From contig NZ_CP064923.1 of NCBI RefSeq assembly GCF_018336915.1, forward strand, positions 5,130,001-5,162,000: a stretch of DNA of 32,000 nucleotides. Direction: 5' to 3'. A program made the translations under genes and the position numbers. The notes beneath the pieces were generated by a model. That model was not told the origin of the DNA. It was given only the letters and a program-made list of their open reading frames with translations, and made no database searches. The stretch is from Acaryochloris marina S15. Its GTDB lineage: Bacteria > Cyanobacteriota > Cyanobacteriia > Thermosynechococcales > Thermosynechococcaceae. Position 1 is the stretch's first letter, and every line of letters begins with the position of its first letter. Positions 19,130-26,591 of this stretch are shown here, piece after piece.

Positions 19130-19861
19130 TTAAGCGGATACTGCAGCATATCTCAAAACTTCCAAAACCTGAGTCGGTTTACACCCATAGATTCCAGCCC
19201 CCCAGGCTGCATTTTGTTCGACCACTGCCCAACCACAATTGCAAATCACACCCACATCAACCACAGCTGCTTGAGGCAGATCAATCGTCTCATCCGCTAA
19301 AATTTCGCCAACAAATTCGAGCAGTGCTTCTTCTTCCTCAGGAGTATGGGCAAAGTGATTATCCCGCTGCAGCTCACCCTCACGGAGGTAAACCGAGAAG
19401 GTTTTCAACGTCCGATTCAGAATAAAGCAGCGAAACTCCTTCTCCCACGTCACAATCTCAGAAATCAAAACGGGAGTTTCATCAGGATATCCCTCTGGTA
19501 GTTCTGGCCCGGTATACACCCGTGCAGGAAAACTCTTATCGTTGGGGGGTTTGACAAAAGCAGCCGTCTCGATTTGTCTAGCCTGCTCCAAAGTACTCAA
19601 ACGAACCGAACGCTGGCGATATTGCTCCGGTAGGTTTGGCAACCAGTCGATGGGCGGCTCTAGCAGACGACGTTGAAATTGCTCAGCCAGCAGTGGTGCC
19701 ATCAAAGCCTCCAAATAGAACACAGGCTCTTCAACATCCAGCAGATGTGCAGGGACATCCCAACGAGTGATCCGCTCTACATCCCAACCCAGCTCAATCG
19801 CTGCTCGCCATAAGGCCTGAGCATCTTCTGTATAACGGGGTGTCAGTAGGAGTGTTGGCAT
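19130..19861 (-). CDS. Small stand-alone ATP-grasp enzyme (R2K-clade/DUF4343-like)
   Basis: 243 aa. MPTLLLTPRYTEDAQALWRAAIELGW, AFVKPPNDKSF (ATP-binding Lys strand), EFRCFILNRTLKTFSVY and VVDVGVICNCGWAVVEQNAAWGAGIY (Mg/ATP-binding D..E.N region) match my memory of this ATP-grasp subgroup. Confidence 0.7.
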   Translation of the reverse strand: MPTLLLTPRYTEDAQALWRAAIELGWDVERITRWDVPAHLLDVEEPVFYLEALMAPLLAEQFQRRLLEPPIDWLPNLPEQYRQRSVRLSTLEQARQIETAAFVKPPNDKSFPARVYTGPELPEGYPDETPVLISEIVTWEKEFRCFILNRTLKTFSVYLREGELQRDNHFAHTPEEEEALLEFVGEILADETIDLPQAAVVDVGVICNCGWAVVEQNAAWGAGIYGCKPTQVLEVLRYAAVSA

Positions 19862-19916
19862 TAGACGTTATCACGTAGTTCACACAAATCCTAGCGTGCA
19901 AAAAAGTATCGAGGGG

Positions 19917-20789
19917 TCACTCGCCATTCAACTTCGATTGGTAGCGTTGGGTTGTCCACAACTCATTATCCCAAAACTCTTCAACCGTAAGTTGTTGATC
20001 CGTTCCTTGCATGATTGCCCAATGGTAGTGACGAATGGGTTTGCTACTGTCATCAAACCCAATACGCACACAACGCCCCACTAGCTCCCACTCACGGTAA
20101 GCCGCAAAATATTCCCTGACATGTTTAGATGTTGGCTCAGGCAGCGATTCATTAAAGAGTTGATTGAAAGTATGAACAAATTTCATTGCCCGTTGTTCAA
20201 TTAACGGATCTACTTGCCAAATATACTCCGGTTCTTCAGGATTATAGGCACCACCCGGTGAAAGGAAAGCATATAAGACAACTGATTCACGGCAGGCTGC
20301 CAGCACGACTGGGTCTTTTGACAAAGCAGCAATTGCCACCAAGGAATAGTCATCGGAATCAATTGCAACATGAAATGTTTCAGCCGTTAAGTTGGCAATC
20401 GTCCAGGCCGGAAAGGTTTGCTCCATCGCAATGGATAATGCATTTTTACCCTTAGGTAATAAATAGAGTTGGTCAGCTGGAGTCCCAAATATAGGTGACT
20501 GGGTGACTTGTTGTAGCCGTTGAAAACTATTGACCCCAGCTACTTCCACTTCCCGCTCCTGGGAGACATTCTGTAACGTTCGAACCAACTGAAAATACCG
20601 AGTCAGCTCTGGCAACTCTGTGTAATATCCCTCAACCAGCCCCTTGCCTGGCACAATCGACAATATCGAGGCCACCTCTTCCGCACATTGCAATAGCTCA
20701 GTGCTTTCATGGCGTTTCATAGCCTGGCGATAGAATTCATCTAGCCCCAGTACAAAGACTCGATTCGTCACAATTCGTTGTTCAGGCAT
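19917..20789 (-). CDS. Hypothetical protein (290 aa), upstream partner of the ATP-grasp gene
   Basis: Long ORF on the same strand, 55 nt upstream of the ATP-grasp start. Its composition looks native and it has no motif I recognise. Confidence 0.65.
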   Translation of the reverse strand: MPEQRIVTNRVFVLGLDEFYRQAMKRHESTELLQCAEEVASILSIVPGKGLVEGYYTELPELTRYFQLVRTLQNVSQEREVEVAGVNSFQRLQQVTQSPIFGTPADQLYLLPKGKNALSIAMEQTFPAWTIANLTAETFHVAIDSDDYSLVAIAALSKDPVVLAACRESVVLYAFLSPGGAYNPEEPEYIWQVDPLIEQRAMKFVHTFNQLFNESLPEPTSKHVREYFAAYREWELVGRCVRIGFDDSSKPIRHYHWAIMQGTDQQLTVEEFWDNELWTTQRYQSKLNGE

Positions 20790-21042
20790 GGGCTCAGGGT
20801 AGGATTTCAGACGCTATTAACGGAGAAAATCACTCAAACCAATGATTTCAATCAAAAAATAGCGTATTCTTCTATTTTCCCCATCTTGATAAGGTGATTA
20901 GACATCTTTAGCCATATCCAAATGGGTATAGTTCTTTTAACAGCATGAATAGGTCAAAGTGAGCTGGATCTGACGAATGGCTAGATCATGAGTAAAGATA
21001 GAAAGAGTCAACTCACACTGCTCCCAACCAAGGAAAACGATA

Positions 21043-24000
21043 GTGGCCGAACAGATAGACATCCTGGCGAGTTACGTCCCAGATATTGTCGTGCGTCGGT
21101 TACTCAAAGATCCGACTCCCATCGCCAAACCCCAGATTGATCGTTTTCCCGCTGCCGTTATTTTTATCGATATCTCTGGATTCACCATCCTCACAGAGAC
21201 CTTAGTCAAATCTGGACCTGATGGTTTAGAAACCCTCACCGCTATTTTGAACGCCTATTTTGGCCAAATCGTCGATTTGATTTTGAAGTATGGCGGTGAC
21301 GTCCTCAAATTTGCGGGAGATGCACTGCTTGCAGTTTGGCCAGTGCAGGAAGCCGACCAGACTCTCCAAAACCAAACTCTCCAGGCCTGTCAATGTGCCC
21401 TAGTCATTCAAGAGTTTTCCCAGTCCTATACTGCGACGAGTGATGTATCCCTAGCCCTACGGATTGGCATTGGGGCAGGCGATGTTGCGATCGCACATGT
21501 GGGCGGTGTCTATAAACGCTGGGAACATGCGATCACAGGCGCTCCCTTGGGGCAAATTCGCTTAACCCAAAGTCTGGCCAAACCCGGACAAGTCATCCTC
21601 TCTCCTGAAGTTTTACCCCTAGTCCAATATCAATGTATCGGCTCCACGATAGATAACCGTTGCTGGCATCTAACCGCTTTGTCAAAAGTAGACCTGCCTG
21701 CCAAGGTTAGTCCAACAGAACTGCCCGCTGATTTAGCCGCAGGCCTAAAAGCCTATATTCCCGGCGCAATTCTAGATCGGTTAGAAGCAGGCCAACGGGA
21801 ATGGTTATCGGAATATCGACTGCTTACCTTACTCTTTATTAACCTGCCCGACTTAAATGCCAATACCGTTCTAGAGCAGTCCCAGCGGATTATGCAGACG
21901 CTACAAAGTAGCCTCTATCGGTTTGAGGGTAGCATCAACAAAATTAGTGTCGATGACAAAGGAGCAACCCTGGTTGCTGCGTTAGGAATGCCCCCCTTCG
22001 CCCATGAAGATGACGCCGACCGAGGGGTGCGAGCCGCCCTAGAAATGCAGACCAAATTAAAGGGCTTGGGCTGGCGCTGTAGCATTGGCATCACCACAGG
22101 GAATGTATTCTGCGGCATCGTTGGCAGTTCCCGGCGGCGAGAATATACCGTGATTGGCGACATCGTTAATTTAGCAGCCCGCTTGATGCAGTCTGCTCAG
22201 GACAATATTCTCTGCGACCCCACCACCTATACAGCTGCCCGCCGTCGGCTAGCCTTCACCGCTTTACCTCCTTTAAACCTCAAAGGCATTGAACAACCCA
22301 TCGTTGTCTACCAACCCTTGGGAGCTCTGAAGCAACAGCAGCATTCCACGCGAACGCTAGTCGGTTGCCAACGAGAACGCCAGCACTTACTGGAATTAGC
22401 CCAGATTTTGCAGTTTGATCAACAGGGGGGCACAGCCATTCTGGAGGGCGAAGCAGGTATTGGTAAATCTCAGGTTGTCCTCAATTTCCTAGAGTGGTGC
22501 CAAACCCAGGAGCTACCGTTTGTCGTCGGTGCAGGCGATGCCATTGAGAAATTCACTCCCTATTTTGCTTGGCGGCCCATCTTCACTCAAATTCTCCAGC
22601 TTGAACAGTTACTTGCAGCAGATAGGCGTCAACGCATTCTAGACCTGCTGGCGGATCGAGCCGATCTGATTGCTTTAACGCCCCTGCTCAATTTCATTTC
22701 TGGTCTCGACTTCCCCGAAACCCCGATCACTCAGCAAATGAAAGGCCAAGTTCGGGCCGACAATACCCGCACTGTGCTGCTGTATTTGCTGCAAAAGGGC
22801 GTGGATCAAGCCCCCCATATCCTGGTTCTCGAAGATGCCCACTGGCTCGACTCTGCATCTTGGGCCTTGGCCTTGGCCGTCCATCAACAGGCATTGCCTC
22901 TGCTCTGTATCATGGCCACCCGACCGTTGGCAGAACCCTGGCCGGAGGACTATACCCAACTTTTAGAAACGGAGCAAACCAAATATCTGCGGTTGCGAGG
23001 ACTGACTCGCCGCGAAACCCAACAGTTTGTCAGTCAGCAGTTAGAAGTAGCGCATTTGCCTCAGCCTGTCTCAGAATTTGTATATGCCAAAGCAGAAGGC
23101 CATCCCCTATTTAGCGAAGAGTTGGCCTATAGTCTTCGAGATAATGGGTTCATCCACATCGAGCAGGAACAATGTCAACTCACAGTCCCCGATCAACGCC
23201 TGGAAGGTCTGGATCTACCTAACACCCTGCAAGGGTTAATCACCAGCCGGATTGATCGACTCCTGCCCCCCCAACAGTTAATGCTCAAAGTGGCCAGTGT
23301 GATTGGCCGTAATTTTCGGGGTGACTTACTGGAAGCCATTTATCCCCTAGCTGCAGACAAGGAACGCTTACCCGAACATCTGGACAGTTTGCAGCGATTA
23401 GAGCTGATTGTCCTCGATACTCCATCTCCCAACTTGGGATATATCTTTCGCCACATCATGACCCAAGAAGTGGCCTATCATCTGCTGGTGTTTTCCCAAC
23501 GGCGGGAATTACATCGTGCGATCGCAACTTGGTATGAACAAACCTACACCGATGATTTAGCCACCGTCTATACCCTCCTGGCCTACCACTGGCAACAAGC
23601 CGAAATCACAGAAAAAGCCACCCATTATTTAGAACAAGCCGGTGAACAAGCCCTCCAAGGGGGCGCCTACCAAGAAGCCGTCGCCTTCTTCTCTCAAGTA
23701 CTGGCATTACATACTCCTAAGGCCCAGGTCCCACGGATGCAGCTCGCCCGGTGGTATCGCCAATTAGGAGAGGCCCATTACGGCCTGGGCCAATTGCCAG
23801 AGAGTCAACACCAGCTGATGCAGGCCATTACCACCCTCGGTCATCCCATCCCCAAAAATGAGCACATCATTGCGATTAAACTGGCCTTCCAGGGGTTGAA
23901 GCAGCTCTGGCACCGCCTACAGCCGCACCGTCGAATTACCCCATCCCCTATGCGCCAAGCCCATATTTTGGAGCTGACGCGATCGCAAATTTGCCTGGGG

Positions 24001-25092
24001 GAAGTCTGCTACTACACCAACGCCAAAACCCTAGGCACCTATGCCACCCTCGTCGGTCTCAACCTGGCGGAAACCGTCCCTCCTTCTTCTGAGCTATCTC
24101 GCATCTATGCCAACATGTGTTTTGCGACGGGGGTTTATCAAGTCCATGTTTTAGCCCGGCAATACGGCGACTTGGCAGAACAAATCATCCAAAAAATAGA
24201 CGTCCAGTTACCCTGCATTAGCTGGATTTGTTTGGTGGTAGGGGCCTATAAAAGCGGCGTAGGCAAATGGCAATCCGCCCGGCACAATATTCAGCGCTCG
24301 ATTGATGCCTGTCGCCAACTGCAAGATTGGCATGTCCTGGCCCAAGCAGTTGCTGGCATTGCCTTAATCGATCATTTTCAAGGCCGATTCTCAGATGCGA
24401 TCTCACTTTGGGAAGAGACCCAGGAGTTAGGGGCACAGCATGGCGATATTCAATCCTATGCCTGGGGCTTGATGGGCCAGGCGGAAGAATGGGCCTGCCT
24501 AGGCAACTGGTCTACCGCCACCACCTGCGTTGAGGAAGTCCAAGCCATCTTTGCCGAACAACCAGGCCTGATCGCCGACCAAATTCGGTTTGCAGGTATT
24601 GCCAGTCGCGTCTATCTCCATAACCAAGACTTGCACCAAGCCCAGCAGGTGATAGAAACGGCCATTCAACTGCTGAGAGAATCAGATCCCATTGCCGTCC
24701 ATACCCACGAAGGCTACGTTGGTATTGCCGAAAGCTGCATCCATCTATGGACCCATAACCTGCAAGATGCCAAACAGGTGCGTCAAGCCTGCACATCTCT
24801 GCAGCAATTCGCCCAGTCTTTTCCCATAACCCAACCTCGGGCCTCGCTCTGGCAAGGGGTGTGGCTCTGGCACCAGGGCAAAACCGCTCCAGCCCAAAAG
24901 CATTGGCATCAAGCTCTACAGCTCGCAACCGCCATGGCCATGCCCTACGAACAAGCCCGCATTCATCAGCAATGGGGACAGTGCCTCGACCCTCAAGATC
25001 CCGAACATCGGCACCATCTAGATCAGGCTCAACAGTTGGTGGAGCAGCTCGGCGAGTCACCCGTAAGTGATACGGCCCCTGCGATCGCATAA
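21043..25092 (+). CDS. Tandem class III adenylate/guanylate cyclase domains + AAA_16/STAND-type P-loop NTPase + TPR-like helical repeats (1349 aa)
   Basis: GTG start. CHD1 has AVIFIDISGFT and KFAGDALLAVW. CHD2 has LLFINLPD, ISVDDKGATLVAALG and YTVIGDIVNLAARLM. Walker A is GEAGIGKS (22447-22470), followed by the Walker B-like HILVLEDAHWLD. About 500 aa of helical repeats follow (YHWQQAE..A..YLEQAGEQALQGGAYQEAVAFF...). Confidence 0.9.
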   Translation: MAEQIDILASYVPDIVVRRLLKDPTPIAKPQIDRFPAAVIFIDISGFTILTETLVKSGPDGLETLTAILNAYFGQIVDLILKYGGDVLKFAGDALLAVWPVQEADQTLQNQTLQACQCALVIQEFSQSYTATSDVSLALRIGIGAGDVAIAHVGGVYKRWEHAITGAPLGQIRLTQSLAKPGQVILSPEVLPLVQYQCIGSTIDNRCWHLTALSKVDLPAKVSPTELPADLAAGLKAYIPGAILDRLEAGQREWLSEYRLLTLLFINLPDLNANTVLEQSQRIMQTLQSSLYRFEGSINKISVDDKGATLVAALGMPPFAHEDDADRGVRAALEMQTKLKGLGWRCSIGITTGNVFCGIVGSSRRREYTVIGDIVNLAARLMQSAQDNILCDPTTYTAARRRLAFTALPPLNLKGIEQPIVVYQPLGALKQQQHSTRTLVGCQRERQHLLELAQILQFDQQGGTAILEGEAGIGKSQVVLNFLEWCQTQELPFVVGAGDAIEKFTPYFAWRPIFTQILQLEQLLAADRRQRILDLLADRADLIALTPLLNFISGLDFPETPITQQMKGQVRADNTRTVLLYLLQKGVDQAPHILVLEDAHWLDSASWALALAVHQQALPLLCIMATRPLAEPWPEDYTQLLETEQTKYLRLRGLTRRETQQFVSQQLEVAHLPQPVSEFVYAKAEGHPLFSEELAYSLRDNGFIHIEQEQCQLTVPDQRLEGLDLPNTLQGLITSRIDRLLPPQQLMLKVASVIGRNFRGDLLEAIYPLAADKERLPEHLDSLQRLELIVLDTPSPNLGYIFRHIMTQEVAYHLLVFSQRRELHRAIATWYEQTYTDDLATVYTLLAYHWQQAEITEKATHYLEQAGEQALQGGAYQEAVAFFSQVLALHTPKAQVPRMQLARWYRQLGEAHYGLGQLPESQHQLMQAITTLGHPIPKNEHIIAIKLAFQGLKQLWHRLQPHRRITPSPMRQAHILELTRSQICLGEVCYYTNAKTLGTYATLVGLNLAETVPPSSELSRIYANMCFATGVYQVHVLARQYGDLAEQIIQKIDVQLPCISWICLVVGAYKSGVGKWQSARHNIQRSIDACRQLQDWHVLAQAVAGIALIDHFQGRFSDAISLWEETQELGAQHGDIQSYAWGLMGQAEEWACLGNWSTATTCVEEVQAIFAEQPGLIADQIRFAGIASRVYLHNQDLHQAQQVIETAIQLLRESDPIAVHTHEGYVGIAESCIHLWTHNLQDAKQVRQACTSLQQFAQSFPITQPRASLWQGVWLWHQGKTAPAQKHWHQALQLATAMAMPYEQARIHQQWGQCLDPQDPEHRHHLDQAQQLVEQLGESPVSDTAPAIA

Positions 25093-25095
25093 CCC

Positions 25096-25557
25096 CTAGT
25101 CCTGATCAAACACCATCCGGTAATAGGCTCCTTCTGGAGAGTGGCCCGTGGAGGCAATGCGCCATCCTTGGGATACATAGAATGCGATCGCAGCCGTATT
25201 GCGCTGTACACATTTCAAAGAAACGGGTCTATCCACCTGGGCCAGACAACTTTGTAACAGAGCACTGCCGATTCCCCTGCGGGTGAAGTGCGGATCAACA
25301 AACAGATGATGGACAAAGTTTTGCGGTGCCCACCAGGAAATGTACCCCACCGGGCGATCTCCCACAATCGCCACCCAAATCAATTCATCCTCCGTCGTCC
25401 GATCAAAATCTCCCAGCTGATATCCTTGGGGAGACTCCCAGGTAAAGGCAACAGTTCGAGATGCCAGGTAAATTTCCCGAAGATACAGCAGATCATCCAG
25501 TTGATAGGGACGCGTATCAAAGTTCATCTGGATGCTGGCTGACAATAGACCTCTCAC
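25096..25557 (-). CDS. GNAT-family N-acetyltransferase
   Basis: HLFVDPHFTRRGIGSALLQSCL (acetyl-CoA motif A, R/Q-x-x-G-x-G/A) plus NTAAIAFYVSQGW. 153 aa. Its stop lies 3 nt from the convergent cyclase stop. Confidence 0.85.
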   Translation of the reverse strand: MRGLLSASIQMNFDTRPYQLDDLLYLREIYLASRTVAFTWESPQGYQLGDFDRTTEDELIWVAIVGDRPVGYISWWAPQNFVHHLFVDPHFTRRGIGSALLQSCLAQVDRPVSLKCVQRNTAAIAFYVSQGWRIASTGHSPEGAYYRMVFDQD

Positions 25558-25654
25558 AACCCATAAAGCCTAGACTCCAAAATCATGATTTCACAATTGG
25601 GCCGCTACGATCCTCACAACATGACAGATCTTCAGCAGTCCCCATCATCACCAT

Positions 25655-26440
25655 TCAAGCCCAGCCTCGTAGTCGGTAAATCGAAAATCCAATCCATTCT
25701 TTCAGGGCCTTGGTGGTGTAGTTTAAGGCTTCAACATCTGGCAGCAACCGCAACACAAATCCTAAAAACCCAGCATTCTCATTTACTTCCGTCACCTGAA
25801 AATCTGTTGGAGCCGCAATCACAGGTAACCCTAATTTTTCAAAAATCGCCATCGACCGGGGCATATGAAACGCAGAGGTCACTAGTAATAAAGGCCCCTC
25901 AATCTCATTCTGCTCCAGCACTTGTTTCACATTGGTGGCATTTTCAAAAGTATTAAGGGAGTCAGGCTCAAGCAATAGGGCAGACTCTGGGACTCCCATA
26001 AGCTTCAATAGCTCAGCCATATCTAAGGCTTCCGCCTGGCCGCCTCCTTTCCAATAAATGCGTCCCCCTGCCAAAACCACTTTCGGGGCCTTGCCCTCTT
26101 GATACAGCTTGGCAGCATACAATACCCGATCACCGGCCTCAGAGACTTCAACCCAGGGTCGAGGCGAATGAGCTGTTCGAGTACATCCCCCCAGAACAAC
26201 GATTGCATCGGCAGTGGCATTCTGTTTTAACGGTGGATACTGATGTTCTAAGGCATACAGCAAACCATCTCCCACCCAACCATTAGCAGAAAAGAAGAGA
26301 ATGCCTAAGGCCAGGCCAACGGAAATAGCAGCGACTTTGGGACGTTTCCAAAAGGTTGCGATCGCAACCAATAACAGCACCGTACTCAACCCCACTGGAT
26401 AGATCAGTTGAGGGAGCAACTTGGATAGAAATAGAAACAT
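25655..26440 (-). CDS. DUF218 / YdcF (ElyC/SanA) family protein
   Basis: Two N-terminal hydrophobic helices, then DAIVVLGGC...VLAGGR...LLVTSAFHMPRS, typical of DUF218. Confidence 0.85.
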   Translation of the reverse strand: MFLFLSKLLPQLIYPVGLSTVLLLVAIATFWKRPKVAAISVGLALGILFFSANGWVGDGLLYALEHQYPPLKQNATADAIVVLGGCTRTAHSPRPWVEVSEAGDRVLYAAKLYQEGKAPKVVLAGGRIYWKGGGQAEALDMAELLKLMGVPESALLLEPDSLNTFENATNVKQVLEQNEIEGPLLLVTSAFHMPRSMAIFEKLGLPVIAAPTDFQVTEVNENAGFLGFVLRLLPDVEALNYTTKALKEWIGFSIYRLRGWA

Positions 26441-26591
26441 ACACCTTTAGCTCAAACCATCATCAGCGTCTCACCCTCAGCACACTCGAAGGATCTCTGG
26501 GAGTGAACACAGCATCCTTCAAGCCTCTCCCAGTATTACGCTTTTAAATTAGAAATTGAGGAATTCTCTATCTCAGCTATTCGGGTCTCAC

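Noticed and set aside
24512-25090. 192-aa minus-strand ORF, and other 60-95-aa ORFs, inside the cyclase gene (21915-22163, 22675-22959, 22860-23114, 24218-24533, 24861-25070)
   Set aside because: All are nested in or antisense to a 1349-aa ORF with clear domain motifs. They have Arg/Pro/Gly-rich compositions typical of off-frame translation of GC-richer coding DNA.
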